64,000 nt of DNA, taken from positions 10,201,989-10,265,988 of the forward strand of contig NC_057755.1 in assembly GCF_004010195.1 (NCBI RefSeq), read 5' to 3'. The first letter of the stretch is position 1, and the number at the start of each line of letters is the position of its first letter. The notes under the pieces were generated by a model that saw only the letters and a list, made by a program, of their open reading frames with translations, had not been told where the DNA came from and made no database searches. The position numbers and the translations under genes are program-made. The DNA comes from Chiloscyllium plagiosum. Taxonomy: Eukaryota. Shown piece after piece: positions 51,225 to 64,000 of this stretch.

Positions 51225-53385
51225 TCCTCACAATTACTATAACTTTGGAGAGGGAAAGGAGCACTTACCGAGGGAAGATATTTAATTGGGGGAAAGGAAA
51301 TTACGACGCTATCAGACAGGAGTTGGGAAGCACAGACTGGGAGAAATTGTTCCACAGAAAGGGCACAGCAGACACGTGGAGATTACTTAAGAAGCAGTTG
51401 TTGCGAGTGATGCACAAATTGGTTCCTCTAAGACAGGTAAGCAGGGGTAAGATTAAGGAACCTTTGATGACGAGAACAGAGGAACTTCACGTCAAAAAAA
51501 GAAGGCAGCTTACGCAAGATGGAGGAAGCAAGGATCTAGCACGGATTTCGAAGATTGCTGGCTTTCTAGAAAGGAGCTCAGAGATGGACTGAGGAGAGCC
51601 AGGGGGCACGAAAAAGGCCTGGCAAGAAGGAGTAGTGAGAACCCAAAGGCATTTTACTCATACGTGAGGAATAAGTGAATGATCAGTGAGAAGGTAGGGC
51701 CTATCAGGGGAGGAAACCTGTGCGTGGAGTCTGATCGGATTGGGGAAGCCTAAATGAGTTTTTTCCCTTCCGTTTTCACCAAGGAAACGGAATTTGTTGT
51801 AAATGAAACTTTGAGAAGCTGGAATACGGTCTTGACCAGATCAAAATTAATGAAGTTGGTGCGCTGGAAACTTTGGAAAATATTAGGATTGATAAGCCCC
51901 CATGGCCAGACCAGATTTATCCTAGGCTGCTCTGTGAAGTGAAAAGGAGATTTCTCAGCTGCTGGCGAGGATATTTCCCTCTTCATTCTCCATGGGAGTC
52001 GTACCAGAGATTTGGAAGGAAGAGAATGTTGTTCCTTATTTCAAGAAGGGTAATAAGGAAATTCCTGGCAATTACAGACCAGTCAGTCTTAGGTCTGGAG
52101 TTAGCAAAGTTTTGGAAATAATTCTGAGGGATAAGATTTATAACCATTAGGCAAAGCATAGTGTGATGAAAAGCAGTCAGCATGGCTTTGTGAGGGGAAG
52201 GTCATGCCTCACAAATCTTTGAGTTGGTGACAAGACAGGTCGACGAAGGTCGAGCCGCGGATGTGGCATATATGGACTTCAGCAAGGCATTTGATAAGGT
52301 TACCCATGGTAAGCTCATTAATAAAGTCAGGAAGTATGGGATACAGGGAGGTTTGGCTATCTAGATTCAGAATTGAATGGCTGACAGAAGGCAAAGTGTG
52401 TTTGTAGATGGAAAGTATTCTGCCTGGATGTCAGTGTTGAGTGGGGTCCCGCAGGGCTCTAATCTCGGGCCTCTGCTCTTTGTTCTTTTTAGAAATGACT
52501 TAGATGATGAGGTTGAGGGATGAGTTAGTAAATTTGCAAATGAACAAAGGTTGGGCATGTCATCGATTGTATTGAGGGCTACTGAAGGCTGCAGCGCAGC
52601 ATAGACAGAAATGAGAGCTTGGCTGAGAAATAGTAGATGGAGTTCAACCTGAATAATTGCGAACTCAAATGCTGCATATAGGATTAAAGACCGGATTCTT
52701 GGCAGGGTGGATGAACAGAGGGATCTGGGTGTACATAGTTCCCTCAAAGTTGGCAGACAAGTGGATAGGCTTGTTAAGAAAACAGATGGTGTTTTGGCTT
52801 TCATTAACAGGGGGATGGAGTTTTAAAGCCGCGAGGATTTGCTACAGCTCGGCAAATCCCTGGTGAGACCACACTTGCAATATTGTGCCCAGCTCTGGTC
52901 GCCTTACTATGGGAACGATACAGAGGCTTTGAAGAAGGTGTAAAGAAGATTTATCAGGATGCTGCATGGACTGAAGGGCTTTCCTGGGACTTGTTGAGCT
53001 GGAGAGAAAGAGGAAGAGAGGAGACCAGATCGAGGTATATCAGATAATGAGTGGAATCGATAGAGTCAATAGCCAGAGACTTTTCCCAGGCCAGGTTTGA
53101 CTGTTACGAGGAATCATAGTTTGAAAATATTCGGAGCAAGGTATACAGGAGACATCAGAAGTAGGTTCTTTACGCAGGGAGTTGTGAATGCATGGCATGC
53201 GGTGCCAGCTGTGGTGGTGGAAGCAGAGTCATTAGGGACACTTAAGCGACAGCTGGACATGCACATGTATAGCAGTGAGTTGAGGGGGGCGGAGGTTAAT
53301 TTGTTATATTTTGCATTTGGATTAAACCTCGGCACAACATCATGGGCCAAAGGGCCCGTTCTGTGCTGTATTTTCCTCTGTTCCA
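51225..53385 (+). mobile_element. 5'-truncated CR1 LINE, same subfamily as 34633-38462
   Basis: FNWGKGNYDAIRQELG, PDQIYPRLL, YMDFSKAFDKV, GVPQGS; shared 3' end. Confidence 0.9.
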
Positions 53386-54806
53386 TCTCTAAATACTTTT
53401 GCTTAAGCACAAACCTATCTATCTCAATTTTAAAATTAACCACTAATCCAGCATTCACTACCATATATGGAACACAATTGCAAATATATACCATTCTTTG
53501 TGTGTAGAAATGCTTCATAACATCTTACCTGAAGGGTCTTGCCCACATTGTGAGACGATGCCCCTAGTTCTGGAATCTCCAATCAGTGGAAATAGTTTAC
53601 TTTTATTTCTCCCACTATCTTGGGTGGATTATTGATTAGGTAATCCCTTTCACTTTTAAATTGCATAGAAAATGTTCGTACAAACTTTCCTCATAACTTA
53701 AACACTGAAGTAAAGATATAATTCTTGAAAACATTTATTATGCTCCCTCCATACCAATAATTCCTTACTAAGGTATCGTGCCCAGATCTGCTCACAGTCC
53801 TCCAAGTTGGGTCTTACCATGATTTTAGATATCTGTAACTTACAATTCTGCAAACCAGTATCTGGTCCATAATATATAAAACCTAGCACTCCATTAGCAG
53901 TTTTGATTGCTTTTCAACAGTCGTTTGTTATTTTCTTTAAAGATCTATGCACCTGAACGCCCAAGGCATTCGTTGTATTTAAATTCTTGCCGTCTCGGAA
54001 AAAAAGGAGAAAGTGAGGATTGCAGATAAAGTCATAGCGTCATAGAGATGCACAACACGGAAACAGACCATTCAGTCCAACCAGATATGCCGACCAGATA
54101 TCATAACCTAATCTGGACCCAACAGACAGCACTTGGCCGATATGCCTCAAAACCCTTCCTATATATATATAAAACTATCCAAATGCCTTTTATTAAATGT
54201 TATAATTGTGCCAGCCTCCACTACATGATCTGAAGATGATCACATTGGCGTTTGTGGACTTTGCTGGGTATAAATCAGCTGCCACTTTGCAAATAACGTA
54301 ACTCTGTAGAGATTTTTATATTAATGCCTGTCTTTGCTTTAATGTTTACAAATAAGGCGATCGATACACTTCAAATCCTGTCTTCTGTCTTTTTACAGTA
54401 CCCCATCATTCAATATTGCCGAAGTGGTATAGGATGTATTTTTTAGGCTGGCCTGCCTTTTGCTGATCCATTGTATAAAGGCAAATAATAACATTTGGGG
54501 CTGGGTTATTCTTAACCTTGAGCCTCAAAGTCCGATTTCAATCTGGAGTTGTGAGTCCTAACAGATTGATCAGGATAAAATTACACTATTGGCTGGTTTG
54601 GGTCGTGCAAACACAAGAGTCACAGAAGTGTTATCACATCGAGGGAGGCGATTCAGCCCCTTGAGGGAGCTGAGTGAAAGGCTTGGCATCAATCCTCCTG
54701 GGTGATGAGTGGCAACCTTTTCAAGGCCCCAGGTTGTGACGAGGTGCACCTTTCCTGTCGGTTCAACCATTTCTTCACTGGCCTTTAGGGACCTGCTGTC
54801 ACTCAC

Positions 54807-54914
54807 CTACTGCACCACCAAGTGCTGCCGCGCTCTCTGGAGCAGTCCATGAACCGAGTCCCCAAGCGCTTTCTTGCAGCTTCACTGGGGTTCATCCACT
54901 GCACAGAGTGGGAA
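54807..54914 (-). other. Candidate upstream (5'UTR/uORF) exon of the NLR gene, 108 nt
   Basis: cccttcctcgccag| acceptor, TAG|gtgagt donor, GC-richer unique sequence downstream of a long pyrimidine tract. Confidence 0.4.
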
Positions 54915-57274
54915 CTGGCGAGGAAGGGTGTTTTATTGTTTGTTGTTTTCCCCCCTCCGAGCACCAACAGAACCCTTTTCAGGGAACCCCTTTGGAGAGT
55001 CGAAAAATAAATAGTAGCAAAGAACACAGACAAAGTCAGAAAGAAGAGGCAAGAGTTATAAATAGAAATGAAATGAAGTGACTAAGTAAGAGAGAGAGAA
55101 TGAAAGAGAAAGAGAGACGCATGCAAAAACGAGGAAGGAAGAGAGTATGGAGAGAGAGAGAGTGAGACAGGTAGGGAGACAGAGTGTTACCGAGATTGAA
55201 ACACAGATAGGGAAATGCAGAAACAGTTAGCAAGGGAAAGTAAAAAAGGGGTCAGAGAGAAACAGACAGGAGATAAGGAAAGACATGGAGAAACTGAGGG
55301 GAGACTCATGATTTCAGTGGGTCCCAGCTCCCTCGCTGATTTCTCACACTTCCTGTCTCCCAGGGGGGACTGGCCCTGCTCGTGGGCTTTGCTCCTGCTG
55401 TGTCCACACGGCAAAAGTTGTCAGAATCTAAAAGGGTTGTGCTGGAAACGCACATTAGAGCAAGATGCATCCAAGAAGCAGATGAGTCGACGTTCCAAGC
55501 ATAAGCTCTTCATTGTGAATGGGCTTCATTCTTTATGAATAGCTGATACCTGAAACGTCGACTTTGCTGTTTCTTGGGTGCTGCCAGACCTGTTGCGCTT
55601 TTCCAAAACCACTTCCATCTGGAAAGTACCCTGATCCATCCTTTTCCAGTATAAAGTGGATAATCTCACACTTGCTATATTGAACTCATTCTGTCACAAG
55701 TTTTTTTTTTCTCTCATGCTCTTTCTCTATCAATATCGCTTTGTAACTTTATGCTATCATGTATACTGTCTGATAATGTTGCCTAATATTTTGTCATGTA
55801 CACAACTACATCTGACTATTTAAGCCATTACCCAAATTGGATAAATAAAATGGATAAATGAGGCCGTAATGCATATCAACTCCTGACAATGAGAAAAGCT
55901 AATCATTATCCCTAGCCTCTGCCTTCTACCATTTTCCCAATCATTCTGTGGGTTTCTATCTGCACAGTCTTTTATTTGGGGCATTATTAAATGCCTCTGG
56001 AAGTCCGCTACAAACAAAATCAATGTAGATTCCCAGTCCACTTATTCAGTCATCATTCTAAATCATTCAATAATCAGGCGTGATTACCTATCACAAGTAC
56101 ATGATGGCTCTCCCTGATTAACCGAGAATATTTAGGGTGCTCAGCGATCACATATTTGATTATAAACTTGGATAAAAGGCCCACCATAGATTTTAGGCTA
56201 ACTGACATTTAATTTCCTGCTTTTTCTCTTTCACCCTTCTTCAAAAATGCAAAGCAACGTGCAGTTTACAATGTAGAAGGATAACTCCTTTGTCCAGAGA
56301 CAGCTGAAAGGCTAAAGCAAGGGAGGTTACAATGTATTCACCACTCTCCCACTTAGTTTAACACCCTGAGATGAAAGTGGTATTGTCTAAATTCAAAAAC
56401 AAGGGTGGAATAAGGTTAGTGGACGTTGTGGACGATGTGAACAATATGACTGTCACGAACTTAGTCAGGCATTCAAGCCAAAATGTATTGGTACTATTGC
56501 TGGTTACTGCTATTTGAAATGATATCCTGAAATGTCTTGGGATAAGTCGGGTTTTGAAGATAAACTTGAACTTTATTTTAGAATTAGTCAAAACGTCAAT
56601 TTTCCACAACAATAGTCGAAATGACGTACAATTATAGCCACCCTTCATTATCCTCAAACAACTTTAATCTCTGCAAAGCTAAGTTTGAGGAGTCACACTC
56701 CTGTGTTAGAAGATGATGGCACAGCGATTGAACATTTAAAAAAAATAATTGCGCTCGATCGGTAAAAGTCCAACAAAAACAAAGAAGGAAATGAAAGAAC
56801 AGGATTTTGGAAGAAGCAAATACAAAGAATTAATGCAGGTTTGTGCTTACTTGAAAGGTAGATATTTTTCTTCACTGCAGGGTCCTTTTTGGTTCGCTCT
56901 TATGCCCACTTAGAAAGATAATGAAAGTAGTTGCAATGCAATAATCCCGACGTTATTATGTTGAATAAGTTCAAAGTTCTGTAACGCCTATCGATGGAAT
57001 GACAATCAGATGGAAGCTTTCACTGTGTTTGCAAAACATTAATGAGAGTTCAGGGCGATACTGATCTTCTAATCTTGGTTTCACTGAAATAAATAAATGA
57101 ACTTTGTGAACGGGCAGGTCCCATTATTACTTCATAAAAGCAATAAAAATCATGAATAAAGGTGAGAATTGATTTGTTTCTTGGGGACAAAGGCAAATTT
57201 GACAAAAATGAACCGTGATGATTACTGGAAAAAGACGTTTGTCGATTAAATTTCATCCATATCTCGTCCAGTCA

Positions 57275-58515
57275 GTGAAGGAACTGGGGAGGAAGTTTCA
57301 CTTCAATAAATCTGTTGGAAATCTTTGGGGAGCTAACACCCAGGTAAAACCAAGGAGAACCAATGAATGTTAATTCCTTGAACTTCCAGAAGGTCTTTGA
57401 TAAAGTTCCACACAGGTGGCTACTGAGTAAGATAAGCGCCCATGGTGTGAGAGGCAAGGCACTATCATGCATAAAAACTTGCCTGTCTGGCAGAAGGCAG
57501 TGCGTGGGGTTAAAAGTTCATTCTCAAACTGGAAGCCGTTGACTCGTGGTGTTCTGCAAGACTCAGTGTTGGGACCACAACTTTTCACTTCATAAATCAA
57601 TTATCTAAATGAAGGAACTGAGAGCATTCTGGTTAAGCTTGTAGATGATACAAGGAAAGGTATAGGGACAGGTAGCATTGAGGAGCGGGAAGGCTGCAGA
57701 AGGATTTTGACAGATTAGTAGAGTGTGCAAATAAGTAGCAGGTAGAATTCAACATTGAAAAATGTGAGGTCTTGCACTTCGGTAAGAAGAATAGAGACAT
57801 TGAGTATTTACGAAATAGGGAGAAGGTTCTGAAATCGGAAGTGCAAAGGGACTTGGGAGTCCGAATTCAGGATTCTCTTTAAGTAAACTTGCAGGTTGAA
57901 TCAGCAGGTAGGAAGGCATTTATTTAGAAAGGAGTGGTATATAAAAACAGGGATTAAGTCTGAAGAGTTATAAAGTACGAGTCAGATGACATTTAGAGTA
58001 TTGTGAACTGTTTTGAGCGCCATATCTAAGGAAGGGTGCAGTGATCCTGGAGCAGGTCCAGATGAGTTCATGAGAATGATCCCAGAAATGAAAGGTTTAA
58101 CATAGGGGGATTCTGGGTTCATACTCGATGGAGTCTGGAAGGATTTGGGGGAAGGAAGGAAATTTACGTGAAACATACTGAATGGCCTGGACAGTGCGAA
58201 ACCAGGAAGACGTTTCCATTGTCAGGAGAGGCGAGGAATTAAGGGCACAGATTTGTAATAAAGGCCAGACAGTTTAGATTGAGATTGGGAAAAACTTCTT
58301 TTACCAGAGAGTTCTGAACCTAGCGAATTCACAGTCACAGAAGGACGTGGAACCCGGGGTATTGAGTATATTTAAGATGGAGAGAGATAGGTTTTGATTG
58401 ACAAGAGGAGAAAGCAGGAGAATGAGTTTGAAAAACCTTATCAGCCATGATTGAATGGTTGAGTATACTCGATAAGCTTAATTTCTGCCGCAATGCCTTC
58501 TGGTCTTATGGTCTT
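57275..58515 (+). mobile_element. Degenerate CR1 LINE (older subfamily)
   Basis: NFQKVFDKVPH, VLQDSVLGP, KCEVLHFG; tcttatggtctt tail. Confidence 0.8.
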
Positions 58516-58759
58516 CTTCATGTGTCACTTGTCAAAGGAATGGCTAAGGAAGCTTATTCTTTTTGTTTCCTAGTTGTAAAGAACGGTGATGAGATCGTTC
58601 TGTGGCAGTATTGAGCTGGAAGATACATTGAACTGAATGCATTTTATGTGCTGTGCACAATTTCTGATTCCATCTAAGGGTTATTTGAGTAGTGACTTTG
58701 GAAAAAGTAAAATTACCGACTCCTTTGAACCAAGGTTTGCACTATGGCTTATTTATTCA

Positions 58760-59095
58760 CACTACTGCCTCACAGCGCCAGAGAACTGGGCTCAGTTCCA
58801 CCCTCAGCTGGCTGTCTGAGTGGAGTTTACACATTCTCCCCGTGTCTGGATTGGTTTCCTCCAGGCATTCCAATTTTCTCCCATAATTCAAAGGTGTGCA
58901 TGGTTTTTGGATTGGCTGTGCTAAATTACTCATAGCGCTCAGTGATGTGGAAATTAGGTGTGTCAGTCATGACGAAAAGCAGGGTTACAGGGATGAGGTA
59001 GGGAGATGGGTCTGGGCGGGGGGAGGGGTGATCTTTGTAACATTGGTTTCGACTCATTGGTCCAAATGGTCTGCTTCCACGCTGTAGGATTCTAA
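58760..59095 (+). mobile_element. HE1-type SINE
   Basis: actgcctcacagcgccagagaac ... tggagtttacacattctccccgtgtctg core. Confidence 0.75.
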
Positions 59096-59174
59096 GGATT
59101 ACGGAATTAATTCTGCCTGTTTTAATCATGCAACTATATAATTCTATCAAGTGAACATTGGATGATTTTTTTTC

Positions 59175-59915
59175 TCATGAGACATTGGACTGATTTAGGC
59201 TTTGAATATGGCACATGGAATGTTTCATAATACAGCACATATCTGACCCTCTCTGTCTCCCGCTGGCGATGCGGAGGTATGGAATAGTGACTGCACCTTC
59301 TTTACTGCTGAGTCCGCCAAGATGTCCTTTCTCATTGCAGCTATGGCCTTCTTCGCCACCACTTTTATACCCTTCTCCATCATGCCAGAAGCATCTAAAC
59401 CATGAGGCATTCTGCCGCCAGTCCTGCAGTTCCCGTAAAAGAGTTTCTGTAATGGCCACCACATTGTACTTCCATGTGCTAATCCAGGCTCTGAGCTCAT
59501 CTGTTTTTCCTGTTGCACTCTTGAATTAAAATAAATGTATATCGGATCGCCAGTCCCAGTCTGGTCTTCAATCTGGCCCTGCCCGTTCTTTCCTCTAGAC
59601 ATACTTGTTTAGCCTTCTCTTCTCTTCCATCCATCCATATACTGATACAATGGTCTGGTTCGCACCCAGAACACCAGTTTTAAACCTCATGTCTGTCATT
59701 AGCAGACCTCCATGTCTGTTACTGATGCCCGTCCAGGTTATCTGCAACACATCTTTCTTGTACAGGTCCCTCCATTCCTGGAATACACTCCAATGACTCA
59801 AAAATCTGAAGCTGTCCATCATACACCAGCAATCTAGCTACAAATTCCCCTCTATTATCTTCCTGTTTCTGGCATCACTAGCATCTGGCAGTGAGACTAA
59901 TCCCAAGATCGCTAT
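59175..59915 (-). mobile_element. CR1 fragment (ORF1 end and endonuclease start)
   Basis: FRFLSHW..DLYKKDVL; VAITETLL..QDW..FRCF. Confidence 0.7.
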
Positions 59916-62709
59916 CCTATGTCTGGACAGGCAGATGCAGCAATTTCATCTTATGAATTTATTGCACCCAATCAGTATAAAACAGGCATACTAATCAAAG
60001 TTTACATACTTTTCGAATATATGACCAAAGTGCAATTAACTATACAGTCCGATACTGTAAATGTCTGAGCTTTAATAACTGGTCAGGGATTGAAAGAATC
60101 AACAATAACTCTATTTGGAATTATGTTTCCTGGTTGAAAGAACAAGGAGAAACTGTTGCGAAAGAATTAAAAGCAAAACGCCAATTAACCATCCTCTGTA
60201 GAAGAAGGTGAAGCTTCTCAACCAGCCGTTTCCTGGGAGCAAGGCGGTAATAACTGACTGATAATCTGCTGCTCCTGACAAATGGAAAATTAAGATTATC
60301 TCCAGATCGAATGTGCTGAGGGAATGGGGTTAATGATAGTGCAGGCTGTGGTTTTAACATGCAGCTAACACTGAATGTAACAAATTATAGGGAAGCGACT
60401 CCTGGCAAGCTACAGACTTGATAACCCCTGAAGAGCAATCATTGTAATGAATGTAGACGTCTAAATGGCCATTAATAATGTCACACCTTTAATTACATAA
60501 TAGTGAATTTGAGTCTGAACTTTCATGATTGAGGATTGTTATTTTGTTTGCTAAATGAAATAAAGTTTAATTCATTGTTTCAGCACTTCGTTGTCTCTGA
60601 GAATTCTGATTAAGCAATAAAATTGAAGGTATATTATAACCATTTACACACAACAATAGTCAGCATACCTACTTACAATACCTTTATATAATAAATTATT
60701 GACATTGCAAGGCCAGACACCCTCATAATATTTTAAAAAGATAGCCTAATCCGAATGTTCTCTTAATTTAAAAGCAGATGTGCAGTGGATGTTCCAGGTG
60801 TGCATCTGGTCAAACCACTCAGCTTTAACAAAAGGTAAATTCAAACAGAGATACTTGCAGGCAGGATGGAAGAATATCCAGAGAGAGTTTACAGAGAAAT
60901 TAATAAGAGTCCTTTACTGAAGCTTCGAACTTTCTGAGAATCACACACCATATGATTGCGACAAATAAAACAAACTAGAGTAAAACCTGGACTGTTAGAA
61001 CTGGCCTCTCCTTGCCATTGGACATTATGGTAGCTCTGCCTTTGCAATCTCTATTAAAAAAAACAAGGACAAAGTAACCTGTTGAAAGTGACAGCATCGT
61101 CATACTATCCATAAATGGTGCATCAATTTGTATACCATTAGACCAACCGTAGTTGCCCAAACACTTTATAAATGTGAATAGACTGACAAATACCACAAAA
61201 CTGGAAAACTTAAGTAATTGAAGAAAAGATCAGCCAGTATATAAATGGTATGATGACACTTGTCAGACAGAAATAACTTTATTTTTGTGTCCTTTATGGG
61301 GTACAACACATTTGTACTAGTCTTTCAGAAAGGAGAATCTGGAAAGGCACAAATGTTTTGATCGCTGTATTAAAAGTGTCCTCACAGACATTTGTTTACA
61401 TTTTACACTGACTGCATGTCTCATATTGTATTGAGGTTAATATTCTCTCATTTCACAATTTCTACTTGTCATTATTCCCTGCGTTTCTCTACCACACAGA
61501 AATAAAAGAAATAGGAACAGGATTTGACCATTTGGCCTTTTGTACTTGCATTGCAATGGCTGATGCTTTGCTCTGCAATGATAATGGCTGATGATCCAAC
61601 TCTATACTGTTTCAGCTTTCTTCCCCCATAGGGGGTACCCAATTTATGATCATTACACTAAATAACGCTCGTGCATATGAACATGATCCCATTGCTTTGG
61701 AAACTAACGGAAGACTGAGAGGAGAAAGTTGTGAGTCTTTGCCAAAGAGATCTGTTGGGGCAGTGTCCTTGTATATATTGAAGGCTGGGATAGGTAGATG
61801 CTTGATCAGTCAGGAATCAAAGATTACGGGAAAAGAGCCGGAAAGTAGATATGATGAATGGCAGCTGATGTACAATTCTATTCTGAGGATGTTCGAAGGG
61901 TTAAAAGGGTTGAAAAGTGTATTGCTGGAAAAGCACAGCAGGCCAGGCAGCATCAGAGGAGCAGGAGAGTTGACATTTCAGGCACAAGCCCGTCATGAGG
62001 AAGGCGTAAATGGCTTACTTCCATTCCTATTTCTTCTGGTCTTGTGGTGTAAAGTCATTTTCCAGCACTTGGCCCATAGCCTTGTATGATTTGACATCAC
62101 AAGTGTGAATCTAACATCCTGACAAGCAGTGAGTTCCAGAGTCCCACCAGAGTCTAAGTGCAACGCTTTTACTAACTTCCCTTCTAAACGTCCTGCTCCT
62201 TACTTTAAATCTATTCCCTCTTGTCATTGGTCATTCCATCAAAAGGCGTTGTTTCTTCCAGTTCTTCTTGGGTCCTTTTTTAATTTATTCCTTACACAGT
62301 TCCTTCCAAACGCACAACCACTTCCATCTGAAAAACAGCAGAAGCATAGGAATGCCACCAGCTGCAACTTCCCTCCAAGCCATTCACAATCCTGAGTTCA
62401 AAATATATAAACTCTGTTCCTTTACTGTCACTTGGTCAAATTCTGGAATTCCTTCCCTAAAGTGCATTGTCGGATAAGTCACAGCAAAAGGTTTGCAGCA
62501 GAAGGAAGCTCGCCAACACATCAAATGGTGACGGCAACAAATACTGGCCGACGTCCTACAAGGGTATACATATCGCATGCCACTCACGCATATTCAAGTG
62601 CAAATCTGCATGTAGAGTGTAAATGTATGATCACTGGGACAATGTGCAGTTTCAAACATGAATCAAAGTCAAACATCTATTTTCCCAAGAAATCTTATTT
62701 CACTTTTAC

Positions 62710-63445
62710 TTAATGTTTAGACAATCTTAGGATTAATGTCGAAGGAGATGTCAGTATTTCCTTCAACTCGTACAGGAATTTACTCTGAGTAGCTGCATAG
62801 ATGCATGTATTTGGTGATGAACTCAAATGCTTCAGCATATCTTTAGTTTCGGTGGCGAGATATCTAGGAGCTACGTAATCATATCTCTAATTGTTGGTGT
62901 TGGTCATTCTGCTCATTAGGAAGTTTACAGCAGTTGTCATCCAGAGCAGTGTAAAGTTGCTCAATATAGTGAGGTGCAAAATGATGGTCTTCCTTCGGTT
63001 CTGAATCTCAAGGTCGCTTTGCGCTCTGCTGTCGTGACCTCTGAGATTCCTGCATACTCTGCTAGCTACGAAAATCCGAGTGGTTGTCAAAGAATTCAAC
63101 AACATGATTAAGGCAAACGGAGCATGATTCTGTGAAAGTAGGAGTAAGGTAAGGACACAGATAAAGAGCAGAAAGCTACCTTTGTCCGGCAGCCCCATTG
63201 CACATTATTAACTTTCATTCAGCTTCGGAAACAAATGCAATGGAGATATCCATTATCGTGATAAAAAAGGAGAACGCTATTACGACTATCATTACAGTTC
63301 TCACCATGGAATACTTTAATGTAACCTTTTGGTAGCATAAAGAGGCAAGTCTGTCAAATATGAAGTTGACTATGAAACAAACAGACAAATCAAGGGCAAC
63401 AACAGTTAGGTATGGAATAACCCTGAACACAACAGTGAGGTACCG
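62710..63445 (-). pseudogene. GPR139/GPR142-like class A GPCR pseudogene (TM3-TM7)
   Basis: SVCFIVNFIFDRLASLCYQK (DR motif), PFALIMLLNSLT..RIFVASRV..DLEIQNRRKTII, SSSPNTCIYAATQSKF; stops at 63215 and 62887, frameshifts, terminal TAA at 62710. Confidence 0.85.
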
Positions 63446-63454
63446 GAATGAAAA

Positions 63455-64000
63455 AAATGTGCAATTTCATCAACAGATGCCGAAGGGAAAGACAACGGAA
63501 TGGAGACATGCCACAGCCCAAAGGACTAGCCACGTTACCATACATCAAGAACATTTCTGAACTGACAGCCAGACTACTGCGAACCACTAGGACTCATAAC
63601 AGCACACAAACCAACAGCCACTCTCAGACAATAACTCACCAGGACAAAGGACCAGATACCCAGCATGCGCAAAACCAACGTAGTGTACATAATCCCATGA
63701 AAGGGCTGCACAAAACACTACATAGGACAAACAGGAAGACAGCTAACGATCCGTATCCATGAACACCTACTATCCACGAAACGACACGACCAGCTATCCT
63801 TCGTAGCCACACAGGCAGATGAAAAGCAACATGAGGTCGACTGGGACAGCACTACTATTATAGGACAAGCCAAACAGAGAACAGCCAGGAAATTACTAGA
63901 GGCATGGCACTCATCCACAGATTCTATCAACAAACACATCGACCTGGACCCAATATACCGGCCAATGCAGCGGACAGCTGGAATTGACAACCGGAAGTGG
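63455..64000 (+). mobile_element. Penelope-like element (GIY-YIG end), same family as 29805-30690, runs off the window
   Basis: DMPQPKGLATLPYIKNISELTARLLR; KTNVVY..HYIGQTGRQLTIRIHEH. Confidence 0.92.

Noticed and set aside
55310..55410. GC-rich patch with an ETS-like CAGGAAGT as NLR promoter
   Set aside because: A short motif alone is insufficient evidence.
56380..57270. Possible ancient L1/Tx1 remnant (KNKGGIRLVD)
   Set aside because: Single weak motif with many stops; cannot be supported.
1..64000. CRISPR array or prokaryotic operon or defence system
   Set aside because: No short regularly spaced repeats; the sequence is intron- and retroelement-rich vertebrate DNA.

Overview
Eukaryotic, AT-rich, repeat-dense DNA from a cartilaginous fish (shark), judged from HE1-type tRNA SINEs, DeuSINE-like elements, CR1 LINEs and Penelope elements. 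There is a 500-N gap at 7527-8026. The main content is one minus-strand multi-exon NLR (NACHT-LRR) gene spanning about 49.7 kb to 5.4 kb or further. My hand-built model has a short first coding exon with no visible CARD, PYD or death domain. It is followed by a 1714-nt NACHT exon with intact Walker A but non-canonical Walker B (FEDLDK), then a few RI-type LRR exons. After the LRRs comes a roughly 750-aa polar, probably disordered C-terminal tail built from tandemly duplicated, phase-compatible exon modules, several copies of which are pseudo-exons. A GPR139-like GPCR pseudogene interrupted by a Penelope element lies at the right end. Several Penelope ends carry minimal hammerhead-ribozyme cores. 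All exon boundaries are inferred by eye from GT-AG signals, reading frame and paralogy, with no transcript evidence.
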